Shown here: in pieces, positions 49,526-61,850 of the stretch | Numbering within the stretch: the stretch's first letter is position 1 | Layout: each line of letters starts with the position of its first letter | NCBI GenBank assembly: GCA_964234715.1 | Contig: OZ174278.1 | From: Podarcis melisellensis | Lineage: Eukaryota | Direction: 5' to 3' (one strand) | DNA: 64,000 bases | The notes under the pieces: model-generated | Seen by the model: the letters and a program-made list of their open reading frames with translations, nothing else | What the model was told of the DNA's origin: nothing | Database searches by the model: none | Made by a program: the position numbers and the translations under genes

Positions 49526-52500
49526 ATGCAACTACACTGAGTAGTCAGAACTATGAATGCTTTGACTCAGAATAAGGCTGTTCTCATACACTCGATATAC
49601 CATTTCATAAATTATGTTTTTGCTATCATCAATTTTCTATTATTTTTACACAACAATCAAGCTTACTTTGTGAGTTTTATTGCCAGTTTCCTGTATTAAT
49701 TTGTCTGTTTCCCATTTTCGTTAATTTGTTAATTTCCCAGTTCTATAGTGCTTAATTTAATAAACATTTTAGTCCAGGCATCCATACCAATGTGATATGA
49801 TCTATCGATTATCATCTTCCAAATTTTCCAAATGCAAAATACTTACAACATCCTGCCTGCATATCCTGAGGAATTGCTTAGGTGGGGAATGAGTTGATCA
49901 ACAGCTGCCACTTAGGAACCTGATTTCCATATGCTTTGTCCTGCTCATGAGCATAACCAAGCAAGATTTTCCATTCCTCTCTGGGGAATTTCAACTGAAG
50001 GGCTGACATATGCTTACTTCACTTTGTCCTACATGACTTTAATATGACTAATTTTTTTTTCTTTGCAGCTCACTTATTCTTTACTGAAAGGCCTGTACAG
50101 AGAAATTCCCTTTTCTCCACCGATGGAATTTATGCAATCGCTTTTTCTTCTAGTTTTTAACAGGCTGTAGTAATTTACATCTGACCTGTAGATATCCAGA
50201 ACAGATTTCCGCAAACAGCAGTCGAGTTCCTGGAAAGTTCTTTGTAGTTAGAACTGCAGCAGTTTCCTCTGCAGCAGCCATGATCGGCTTTGTGTGATGA
50301 TAGTATTGCACATGACCTTACAGCTGAAGTCTAGGATTGCTGTCGAAGCCAGACTTTCCTTGTGGGAGGAGAAAAACTAGCCCAAAAAGACAACTAGGCA
50401 GAAAAAGCAGGATTTTAAAAACAGAAATATGGGACAAAATGCCTAAAATTCTGCCATTATGTCCTGTCATATAGCTACTTCTCCTAGTGACTTCTTAATT
50501 CTTTCGTATTATTTACTCCAGACTTTTTTTAAAAAGCAGTAAATGAAAACCATAGGTTAAGAGCATTTTAAGCCAAGCTCTTCCCCCTTTTCTTTTTCTA
50601 TGCTAGCCTTTATGTATGAAGTAGTATTAATATTAGGAAAATCCACCATGAACCTTAGAATCACAGAGTTGGAAGAAATCCTGTCTAACTCCTTGTTCAA
50701 TGCAAGATATCCAGAGCTAGAACATATAACAGGTGGTTGTCCATTTTGCATATCCAATTCTTTATCCGTCTTGAACTGCAATCCTCATCCTTCGCTAGTT
50801 ATGCAGCTTATGAATCAAAAGAGGAGGCAAAATAGGAAGTGAATAGTTCTTCCTTACCACCCTTGCTAGGCAGTGTGGCTATCATTTCCTCTTCCTTCCT
50901 TTGAGCATACCTGAGTAATTCCCTTTTCTTGCTCATAACTTCCCTCACCAACCTGAACTTATTCCAGGCTTTAACTTTCCTATGGCTAAAGCTTTCTCCT
51001 GAAGCTTTTTTCTTGACACTACCCCTACAAATCTGGGCTATTAGACCTTGGCAAGCTGTCCATCATTCCATTTCTTGTAGATGTCCTTTTTATTTTCAGT
51101 TCCAAATTTAAAAAACCCAAATCAGCTAATGTCTCAATATTTAGTATGCCTACTAGTGAGTAAGCTCAACTGGGCTCAGTAGGGCTTACTTCTGAGTAAA
51201 CGTGCTTTGGCTTGCACATAATATATATTTACATCCATAAGATAGTTTCTGGGAAATATTCAAAGTTGCAGAAAATACATTTTATTATAACAGAACTGGT
51301 AAGATTGCAACTAGGTTTCAAAAATTATTTGCCATGCTGCATGGGATGGTGCTGAGAAATTTCATCAACTGATTAGCTTATGTGTAATGTGTAGAAGGCT
51401 TGCAGGATTTGATTATTTTAAAATGTAGAAAGAAGACTAAAGTTCTACTTATTAAGACATTTGAATGCACTATACACGTTTGATATAAAATTTTAATATA
51501 AACAACACACCAGCCTGATTTTTCCATCTTTTTATGCTCATAAAATCATTTATACAAGTCAAAAGGTTGCAGAGAACTTCAGTTTCATTGCTCACTTAAG
51601 AAAAGTGGGGAAATTAAAAGGTGTTTTTTAGAACTGAGCAATGGAAAAATACAGAATCATAAGCTAAACATATCCCCCTCCTTCATATTACATGAAATCA
51701 TTTGCATTGATTCTATATTTAGAGAATTTTATGTAAAATGTTAATATGATTATATATACATGATCATATATACAAAAAAAATCCCTTCACATTCCCATCA
51801 AGAAACAAGTTCTCATTTCAGATTGCAAAGATTACCAGTAGCCTGTGGTTGGGTAGGTAAAATCCCCATGGTAAATTACTTCATGTAATCATTACTATGT
51901 GAGCCAAAATCTGTAAAAATTTAAAGAAAGAAAGAAAGAAAGAAAGTCATTTCAGGAAGATGCAGAAATCCCCACACATGCGACAATAGAATTTATTACA
52001 CATATTTAGTTTAGTGAAATTCCACACATCAGTCTAGAGGTTCCAAACACTTGGTTTTGGAGGACCAGGGGAAAACAAATCACCTTATTAAAATGGGCTT
52101 TTACCACTGATGAAAATGTAATGTGGACGTTTTAAAATGTTGCAGATATAGTTATGGAGAATAATTAACTTACAACTTGAAAGTTACAAGTTAAAACACA
52201 ACCTGTAAAATGTAATTCCTGGAACAGACAGAGAGGTGGTGGGTGGAACTGTTTAAAGAACATCAGAAATTGTTTTGCATTTAGGACTTTTTTACACAAG
52301 GTTAAAATTCCCTTTGAACCTCTCTTGTGCTATTTATGCATCTGATCATGATTCACACAGATGAAGTAGTGGAGGGGAAGCATTTGTAGTGTGGGTGAGC
52401 ATTCTGGTCAACTTACATATTTGCAACAAAAATGGGACCCCCCCCCCAACCAAAGGGCACTGGAAGTAGGAGCAAAAAAACAATGGCCAAAAGAGATGTT

Positions 52501-52544
52501 TTTATCGCAGTGTGTTTTGGACCCAAGTGGTCCTTCTTCAGGGA

Positions 52545-52745
52545 AACTGAGAGTAATGATTAGGGTGTTGGAGTAGTTCAAATCCCCACTCAGGCATGAA
52601 GCGCACTGCACCCGGTGAGCCACTTTGGGCCAGCCATGCTCTCTTAGGCTAATCTACCTTACAGGGTTGTTGTGGGGATTAAAAGAGGAGCAAAGAACCA
52701 CACACATCACATTGAGCCCCATGAAGGAAAATGTGGTACATAATT
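52545..52745 (+). mobile_element. Old CORE/MIR-like SINE
   Basis: gttcaaatcccca B-box, ttgggccagcca, and ctaatctaccttacagggttgttgtgggga. Related decayed pieces lie at ~4760-4930, 12310-12380 and 28880-28950. Confidence 0.6.
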
Positions 52746-53337
52746 GTACTTTTTTCAAAAAAGCAAGCATGTAGATGTGCTGTCGCTTCTTTTCTTATGA
52801 TTGGCTCTGAAACTTCCTGAGAATTCTCATTGGTCACTAGGCTGTTGAGGCAACAAAGGAGGCAATAACAGAACCCAGAACCCATTCCTCTCCTGCCCAA
52901 ACTTAAAAGGGGATGTTAAAGCAGTTATACTGCTTCTCTCGCTTCACAGCAGGCCCCTTTGCAGAAAAAAAACATATCTAGGCTAAGAATGGTTAGCTGG
53001 GGAATTAGCTGTTCACAGATCAAGAATCCTTTTACGGATACACGAGCTAACTCTTTTCTTCTCACAAATACACAGCCTTCAAAACCTATTAACTACTGTA
53101 TTTTATTCTACAAATTCCAGGTTACCAGTTTTCAAACAAAGCCCCATTTCAACTGGTAAGTCTCTCACTAACTATCCTTACTGCTTATCTACACACTGGA
53201 TTTCCCCTTTGATACTATTAGTCAATTGTGAGATGTTAAAATATGAATTACTGGAAACAAGTGTTGGTGTAGCTGGGTCTCGAACTCACCTAATATGTTT
53301 TCTGGTAAATAAAGTTTGAAGGATGCAAGATTATCAT

Positions 53338-53446
53338 TGTTGTTGTTGTTTAGTCGTGTCTGACTCTTTGTGACCCCATGGACCAGAGCACGCCAGGTAC
53401 TCCTGTCTTCCACTGCCTCCCGCAGTTTGGTCAAACTCATGTTAGT
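53338..53446 (-). mobile_element. 5'-truncated BovB (RTE) insertion with 11-bp TSD
   Basis: It encodes SLTKLREAVEDRSTWRALVHGVTKSQTRL (BovB C-terminus) and has a (CAA)n tail. TSD AAGATTATCAT at 53327-53337 and 53447-53457. Confidence 0.92.
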
Positions 53447-53913
53447 AAGATTATCATCAGGAATATTAAAATCTAGAAATGTGACAAGTAGTAAGAAATA
53501 CTAGTTCTTTTCACAAAGACAATTGCCAGTGTTTTTAATCTTAAAGTGCTGCATTGTGAAAATAATGAAGAAAGCATGTCTGTCTAGTTTTTTCCACTCC
53601 CCTTGTACAAATGGAATTACCAATGTATACGCCTCCCAAGGTGTAAAGCTCTTCCACCTTCCATTCCTGTTGTGATGAATGTAGCTGACCAGTGTCTCAT
53701 TCAGCAGTCAGCTGGTTTCCAAGGGGGTTCAGTATGCCCAGGAAGGGCTTAGCCAAGCAGAGCAATGGGCCATAGCAAAGTGGATTATGCTTTTGATGCA
53801 ATTCTGCAGTTTAGAAGTTACATAGTTGCGCACTTCAAAAATGAAGCACGATATTTGTAAGATTTCAGTACTTTTTTGTATTCTAAAACAAGTTACATTG
53901 TCCATGGGGGTCT

Positions 53914-53914
<1 letters not shown>

Positions 53915-53962
<48 letters not shown>
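53915..53962. repeat. (TAA)n microsatellite
   Basis: Directly visible. Confidence 0.97.
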
Positions 53963-53966
<4 letters not shown>

Positions 53967-55619
53967 TACAAAATCAGAAGTACCAGCTAACAGAGTGGGA
54001 CACAGATTCAGTTAGTTTTGGAATAAAAAGGTAAGCTACACGTTCTGTGTCCTTTACAACCCAATGAATTAGTGAAGTTTAATAACTGATGAGAGTGAAA
54101 AATTATATTCTGACAGTTTCTTTTCCAGAATGCCTTTAATAGGAGAGGCTACACCTCATGTAACATTCACTAAGGAGGAGAACACATATGTGCTGACATA
54201 CTGTTCTTTATTAGCAAGCTTCCATTTCAGTCAAATGGAGCCAGTGATCAAGAGTGAAATTTGGGAAGAATGTAAACACAAGTTTTTAATCTGATGTTTA
54301 CTTTGCTATGCTTCTACACAGAGTGTAGTTTTATCTAAGCCTTGGGTCATGTTGGTGGAACCCTGGTAAACCCTTTCATGGCTTCCCACAGTGTAATGCA
54401 TCATTAGTCCCTTGAAGCTAAGGGTCTCATAAGAAAAATAATTTTGAATAATTTTGGTTCTGCTGTCTTTTCCCCCCTCTCCCACTGACTCTATCTTCAT
54501 ATCCTCTCTGCAGTATGGACAAAAACCAGTCTTCCAAGTCTTGAATCTTAAACAAAGGGTATTATGATAGAGCAATGATCACAAGAAAAAGTAAATTACA
54601 GTTCAAAACATATTTGCTGCTTATCCCGTACACAGTTTAGCCTGTAGTTTTAAATCCACAGGAATAACACTTTGCCAATTACTGAGCATTTATGTTAATC
54701 TGATTACTCCCCTCATGAACAACCTTATGCTTCTGTTTAAGGAATTTCTTACTCTTGAATTTAGAGAATTTGTTCAAAGTATCATAATCATATTGTAATT
54801 TTTAGCTTCCCTAATGTTTAACATCCCTCCTGGCTCTTTACCTGGCACATTTTTTCACAATCTGCCAAGATGCTAATTAAATTAACAAAGAGAAATGAAC
54901 CAAAGGGAGAAGTTTCTGAGACAATCCAAGTCATTAAAGTTTCACTCAGAAGCTTGATTCCTTCCCCTCCTTTTCTTTCAATGGTTGTTTTGCTTTAAGA
55001 CAATGTGGTCAAAGAAGTGTGAATGTGTGATGTGTGTAATGGCAATGGAGCCAGTGGAAGTTTCCATTGGCTTTGCAGCATTTGCATAACTTGGTACATA
55101 AGCACACACAGCAGAATTTAGGATTCTTGGAAGCTACTGGGGGAAAACAGAGATCCAGAAGTGCAAAAACAGGAATCCAGCCATGAGCTCCAACAACTTA
55201 GATAGTCTTGCTGGCAAACACTTTAATGTGAGGGAAGCTCAGGGAAGGAATAGCTGTTCTTACCATAAGCATCATATGAAGTGGTCTCTGAGCAGGTTGT
55301 GTAGCTGCCCCTGCAACTTGGAGACAGAAAACGCCAAAACCTCAACTTACTTTGTTCTTCCTGTTGAGGTTCAGTCCCACTTCGTGGAACAGCATAAAGC
55401 AGTGATGCCCAGCCTGTGGGCAATGGCATCCCTTATCTCCTAGGGCCCTCATAAAATGCTATGAATATTTATCTGAATCCTTTTTCAAGGCTAACCTTCC
55501 ACTTGCCCCCTTTTGAAAGATCCCACCAAGTGCATGTCATTTGACTGGTCTTTCCCTTATTTGAAGCAGCATCTTAACTACAAGAGCAGGGTCTTTTGAT
55601 GAGTGTTTAATATTTAGAT

Positions 55620-55978
55620 GGGGACGCGGGTGGCGCTGTGGTCTAAACCACTGAGCCTAGGGCTTGCTGATCGGAAGGTCGGTGGTACGAATCTGGGTGA
55701 GCTCCCATTGCTCAGTCCCAGCTCCTGCCAACCTAGCAGTTCAAAAGCACGTCAAAGTGCAAGTAGATAAATAGGTACCGCTTGAGCAGGAAGGTAAATG
55801 GTGTTTCCATGTGCGGCTCTGGTTTCACAAGAAGTGGCTTAGTCATGCTGGCCACATGACTCGGAAAAACTGTCTGCGGACAAACGTTGGCTCCCTCGGC
55901 CAGTAAAGCGAGATGAGCACTGCAACCCCAGAGTCGTTCGCGACTGGACCTAAGAGTCAGGGGTTCTTTACCTTTACC
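55620..55978 (+). mobile_element. Near full-length Sauria SINE
   Basis: It starts gggacgcgggtggcgctgtggtctaaacc, has the body gtgcaagtagataaataggtacc and an (ACCTTT)n tail. TSD TTAATMTTTAGAT at 55607-55619 and 55980-55992 (1 mismatch). Confidence 0.95.
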
Positions 55979-57542
55979 ATTAATCTTTAGATATAAACTT
56001 GTCTTAGTTCCATATATAATTGGCAGAAGGAACGTGCTCTGAGCCTGCTCAGTGGAGTCCTTCGTATGTTGCATTAGAAAGATACCTATATTATTCAACT
56101 GAAATTATTCATGAGTGTGCCCCATTTACTTCAATGAGTCTTATGCAAGAGTAAAAAAAATACTAGCCCAAGTAAGCATCTTACAGTGCAATTCTGGACA
56201 TGTTTCCTTCAGAGTTGAATTGCTAAACATTTTATTCTAAAAGGGGGGGAGGTTCTAGTTGCTTGGCACTTCACTAAATATTGACTTTTACAAGCCAAGA
56301 GACATCAAGGCTGTTAATTTTGAGGTGTTACTCCTAAACTACCTCACAAGATATGAAACAGAGGATTGTGAAAGCATATATATTGCCCACCTTCTCTTTA
56401 TTTTGGATACTGCCAAAGTAATTGAGGAAGAGTACCTGATTAGCGTGGGACTTTTGCCACATTTTAATTACACTTCAGACTTTTGATGTATGAACAAATA
56501 CAAAGATTAAAGCTGAATACGAAGATGGAAGTGGAAAGGAATCATTAAAGGATCAGATAATAGAGTCTTTAAAAGATATAGACATGATTTTCTTTAATCC
56601 ATTGGGTAAAATACAACTGTTTATCTACTTTTACACATCCAATAGCCTAATTTTGCTGCAACATGCCATACATGTATGTGTCACACATTTCATTTCATAC
56701 TTGGCAATCACATCTTTCAAAACCCATGTGCACAAGAACACTATAAACAGCTTATATGTATATAAACTGATGTTTTTCTCTAAGACTACAGATAAATGGA
56801 AACCAGGGAAAGAGAAAGATCTCATTCACATCTATAGATGCATGCATTTTGCATAAACAAAAACTGCAAATTTAAACACATGCAGATAAAATTGCCTCAG
56901 GGGACAGATCCCATTTGTAGAATGCCAGTTGCCCCATTTTATGAAATATTCCATATGCCATAATACACCTCACAACCTTAATTGTCCCAGTTTAAGAAAG
57001 TACTTACAAGTTTCATAAAAAGGTACTCCTTCACTCACAGCAGGATAAGCACCTGCATACATATTTGTCTTCACTGCTTGACAACATTCTGCAACTCTCA
57101 TTAATTACTGCATGGTAGTTCTAGGTTGACATTTGATTATCAAATCACCTTGGCCAATTACTCAATTAAATATCAACTGTTTGATAGACAAATGGACACA
57201 CACACACAAATCAGTTAGTGTCTTTGTTACCCATTGTTTTTCTTACATGCCACCCCCCCCTTTATGTATTTTTATAGTTTGTATATACAGTATTTATATG
57301 ATCATATTCTAGATCTGGGATTTCTGCTGAAATTTATGGATTTTATGCAACCTGCGTAATCTCACAACTTCTCCTTAACTGAAAAGGCAATTCTCTTTAA
57401 AAACAAAAACAAAAAAACCTCTGTGACAGTTCATTAGTAAGATTCCCAAGTATTTTCCCCTCCCCCCAAATCCTTAAGAGGACATAGCATTTCCTTTATT
57501 TCTGTATGGGGGGGAAATCACACCACAATGTATTTCTCTAAT

Positions 57543-57731
57543 CAAAACAAAAAAAATTGGTATGAGCTTTCGTGTGCATGCACACTGAGTGTATCTGAAG
57601 TGTATCTGAAGAAGTGTGCATGCACACGAAAGCTCATACCAAGAACTAACTTAGTTGGTCTTTAAGGTGCTACTGCAAGGAATTTTTTTTGTTTTGACTA
57701 TGGCAGACCAACACGGCTACCTATCTGTAAC
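57543..57731 (+). mobile_element. Penelope-like element terminal fragment with inverted partial copy and 14-bp TSD
   Basis: 30-bp inverted repeat at 57557-57586 and 57613-57642. TSD TGTATTTCTCTAAT at 57529-57542 and 57732-57745. It contains a hammerhead motif. Confidence 0.8.
57602..57639 (+). ncRNA. Minimal type-I hammerhead ribozyme motif
   Basis: GUAU-CUGAAGA-A-GUGUGC(AU)GCACAC-GAA-AGCU-C^AUAC. The core boxes are intact, helix I is GUAU/AUAC, helix II is 6 bp and helix III is a palindromic AGCU. Confidence 0.75.
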
Positions 57732-58129
57732 TGTATTTCTCTAATTTATTAACAGTTGTATGCTGTCCAATAACCTAAAATTCTCTGGAAGGTTTACAAT
57801 AATAAACACAAAAACAACACACATGCAAAATAGAACATATAAAAATAAAATCAAAAGCAATATAAATGCAGCTAGAAGACGCATAATAACTTCCAAGGTT
57901 AAAACACAAATTTTAAAACTGAGAGGACCAGACTAATACATGTTATTAGAAAGGTCTTGTTGAACAGAAAAGACTTGCTTTTTGATATATAAGCAAGTTA
58001 TATTATACTGTTCCCCATATTTAAAAAATATTATACCCAGTGACCCACTGGAATTTCCCCAATATTGCAAAATAAAAGTATGCTATTATATTGGTAAGTA
58101 TTGTCCAGGAAAACATATGAAAAGATGCA

Positions 58130-58390
58130 CCCTTAAGGTTAAAAAGGAACATTTTTGCCTGGCGCCTAAAGGTGTATAATGAAGGCGCCAGGCAAGCTTC
58201 CTTGGGGAGAGCGTTCCACAGATGGGGAGCCACTGCAGAGAAGGCCCATTCTCGTGTTGCCACCCTCCACCCTCTGAACCTCTGGAGGAAGAGGCACACA
58301 AAGAAAAGCCTCAGAAGATGGTCTCAGGGTCCAGGTAGGTTCATATGGAAAGAGGCAGTCCTTGAGGTATCGCTGTCCTGAGCCGTGTTG
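58130..58390 (-). mobile_element. L2-clade LINE 3' fragment
   Basis: Peptide EWAFSAVAPHLWNALPKEACLAPSLYTFRRQAKMFLF is a typical L2 ORF2 C-terminus. Confidence 0.88.
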
Positions 58391-59589
58391 CTGAGCCGTA
58401 TTGAACCAAAATTGCTCTTTTGAAGGTAAACCTATTCAGATGCAGAGGCTGATTTCTGTAATCTTTTGTAATATGGTGCCCTGTGCTAGAGCAAAATTTG
58501 GCATGCCCAAATGGATCTTGTCAATTATGGATCTTCTCAGTTTTGCACCCCCTCAGCAAGGCACCCTGCGGGGGAGGGAGTGCCCACTCCACCCTAAATC
58601 CAGCGCTGTCAGGTGTTCTCTGTCTGCACATGTTTACAACTGCATGAGGGAGAGCAGGGGAAGGGGTGCTGGTAAGTCCTGCTCTCTTGAACCCTTCCCC
58701 TTGTTTGCAGGTTGCCAGACATGCCACTAATGCTGCGTCTATTTTCCTTGACACACTCAACTTTCCATTCATAATTCATAAGTTACCAGCCAAAACACTA
58801 CCAAGTATACTGGGTATGGCTACTTAACTAGGTTAACCAAGTACAAACCATCATGTGAATGAGATAAAGGCATGCTCAAAACTCTTCTTCTGTACCCAGT
58901 GCCTTACTTAAGTGCCTTATATGCTACCAACAGCCAATTTCAGTATATACACTATATATCAAAAACCTACTCCCAATGCTCTGTGACCAGAGAAAAATGA
59001 AGCAGAAGGGTCTATGATTCTCTTATCTAATATTCCTTCTGGCTTCCAGCCCTTTTACTAAATTTTAAAAGGCAACATTTTCTTGCCAAATTCCTTTTCT
59101 CCCAACATGACTTCCAGCAACAGCATTTTACCAGCTAGCCACTAGCTGTGGGAACATTGAATGAATGCCACAACTCACCACAAACAATGCCAAAGATGGA
59201 GACTGTTTTCTGGAATGATGCCAAGTAGAAAACTTTCATAGGCATGTACATGCCTGATCTAATGCAGGAAACCAAAGAAAAAGATACTGGAATCAAATGG
59301 GACTGATTTTAGATCAAAGCAAGCAGGGATCACCTGTTTAAGGAGACACCAGTTTGGGATTTAACTAGGCCACACATTTACCAGAGTTCTTAAACACAGG
59401 AAACGTTTAACTCTAGACCATCCTAGAAGAAAAAAAGCTGTATGATGCAAAGTCCATTCACCCAATCTCCTGGCACAACTAAGTTCCCAACAGATACAAA
59501 AACGAACAGAAGGGAATCCTTAACAAAAATCATTTAACAGCCATCAGCAGCAAGGTGCTGCTGAGAGCTGCCTACTTTACCAGCTAGCA

Positions 59590-60070
59590 AGTTCCTTCAA
59601 CCCTGTAAATGCTCAGCTGCTTTGCAGGGATAAAACTTTGCATTCACCTGCTCCAATGCTCTTCAGACTAGGGGACCCTTTCTCCATGGTCTGCTGCCAT
59701 GAGAAGCACCCACCTGTGTCCACACCCTTCACTGCCCCACAAGCTTATTCACAAACACTCCAATACCATTCCTCAAATTGCCAAGAAAAGAATTTGAGAG
59801 GTACATGGAATCTTCCATATACATATCATCACCTGACAGGTGCCTACCTGATATACAACTATTCCCCTCTGCAGACCGAAAACCTTACCAAGCTCCAGAA
59901 CAACTTTCCTCCATGCTTCTTCTATGGCCACTGGGAAGAATTTCTACCCAAGCACAATGGTCTCCTGGAAACACATGCCTGGTGATACTGATGCACCAGG
60001 CCTCAGTGACTGCTTCCCCCTAAGATCACATGCTCCCTTATCACTCTCCTTCTCTAGTACTGCTGCAAAG
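59590..60070 (+). mobile_element. Ancient L2-like RT fragment
   Basis: C-rich plus strand with decayed remnants (NNFPPCFF...EEFLPKHNGLLE) resembling the L2 region before the RT domain. Confidence 0.4.
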
Positions 60071-60531
60071 AGATGGGAAGCTTTCACTGTAGGTGAGCCA
60101 TAGCGTAGCATTAAGTAGCACTGTGTTTATATTTGGAATTGCTTTATATGTATGTATTTCTGATTTTGTAAAATCACTTTGAGATGTTTCACAGGAAGCA
60201 ATTCAATAATGATAATTTTTATTAAAGAAAACCAAAACCCTTTACTGTCGTAAAACATAACTATGGTTTGTTAAACCATGTGCAAGACTTTGGGGGCTTG
60301 TTCCCACCATGAGCAATCATGAATGTTGCTATTGTCATCCCTGCACTATGTGCCTATACCCCAAGACAATAAGAAATGTCATATATAGGATTCTTCTCAC
60401 CACTCAGCTCCTGTGAGATCTCACATTCTCAATCCACTCCTTCTTGCCTTGCACTCATGCTTTTTACAAGGTCAAAGCCGTCCTTCAACCCTCTAACCAC
60501 CTCCTTCCTTACAAGCTGTGCTGCAAGGATA

Positions 60532-60622
60532 CATAGCTGTCAACGTTTCCCTTTTTTTAAAGGGAAATTCCCTTATTCCAAATGGGATTCCTTGCAAGAA
60601 AAGGGAAAAGTTGACAGCTATG
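60532..60622. mobile_element. 91-bp hAT-type MITE with 8-bp TSD
   Basis: TIRs CATAGCTGTCAACGTTTCCCTTT and AAAGGGAAAAGTTGACAGCTATG. TSD CAAGGATA at 60524-60531 and 60623-60630. Confidence 0.9.
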
Positions 60623-61134
60623 CAAGGATAGGAGAGTCCCATCTGCAAACCTCAGATTCCCCACATGGTTGTTTCGAAGAACAACTATTTGCCCTGCTCC
60701 CCCCAGTAATAAAATATAGCTTGGATCTGGAACTAGCATAGAATGAAAAAGACACCAATGTTTCTACCACCTGATTTAGTCTTTAGGAAGATTTCTGTGT
60801 GTTGCACAGCAAAGGAAACAAAGGTTACCCCATCCCCATACTAGTAAGCTACGACTATTCTTACAATGGACACAAGGATTTCAGGTAAATCAGGGGTGTT
60901 ATTTATATTTCAGCTTTCCTCCATATTATTTACTGACCTTTGCATTGAAACTAGTATCCTGCTATAAACAAACAATTCCTCAACTCTTTGCACCTGCATA
61001 AAGGTTCCAGGACTTGAGCCCCACCATAGCAAATCCATTTAGACAAAAATATCCATTGCCTTTCCTCTCATAACAGGACTTTTTCTGGTGTACAAATGGG
61101 GAGTAAACTCTGTCCTATGCTTTACACTTTCCTA

Positions 61135-61330
61135 GAAACATGGGAAGCTGCCTTTTATTGAGTCAGTCCATTGGCCACCCAGTTCAGTACTGCCTCCACT
61201 GACTGGCAGTGGCTCTCCAAGGTTTCAAGCAGGAAACCTTTTTCCATTTCTACTTGGAAATGGCCCAGGGACTGAACCTGGGACCTTCTGCAAAGCAACT
61301 GCTCTAGCATTGGGCTACAGAGGCTTCCCA
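61135..61330 (-). mobile_element. Squam3-like tRNA-derived SINE
   Basis: ggaagctgccttttattgagtcag...ctgactggcagtggctctcca...gggactgaacctgggaccttctgca. Confidence 0.75.
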
Positions 61331-61379
61331 TGCTCTGTTAATACTGTCCTCGGGAGACCAGCTGGAGCTTGAAAGCATT

Positions 61380-61850
61380 TGCTGTTACAATGAATTCTTC
61401 CAACGCAGGTAAGTGCTTCAGGATGCTATCTGTGCTCACAGGCTCTCCATCCTTGGAGTTTGTCTGGAAGAAGAACCATCAGCATCTGCCTTTTGGCTGG
61501 AATCCAGTGTCTGATCATTATCTGCGTGGTTTGACTCACACAAAAAAGAATGCAAGGATCCATGTTGTGTAGCACTCAAAACAGCAGGAATGCAAGCTGC
61601 CGAGATGGCTGAACTGCGGAAAGTGGAGCCCCAAAGAGAACCGGGGGGGAAAGAAGAAACCTGTCTGCGACAGAAACTTTTCCCCGAGATTTTTGATAAT
61701 GAATACACGCAATTTGACGCTCGTATAGTATACCCTCATCAACTTACAGAAAGCAGCTGTGGAATCTCTCTGAATGGAAGAGTTTTTCTCCCAATTACTT
61801 TGTGAACACGCCAAAAAAACAGATCAGGCACTCTGAATGCGATGACAGTT
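61380..61850. promoter_or_regulatory. Candidate distal enhancer (retained CpGs; RUNX-like, AP-1, TEAD, kB-like motifs)
   Basis: TGCGTGGTTTGACTCA at ~61523-61538, GGAATG and AAACTTTTCCCC. It holds more CpGs than its flanks and matches no repeat I recognise. Confidence 0.35.

Noticed and set aside
57557-57642. Long hairpin as a novel pre-miRNA
   Set aside because: It is explained by the inverted terminal duplication of a TSD-flanked Penelope-type element.
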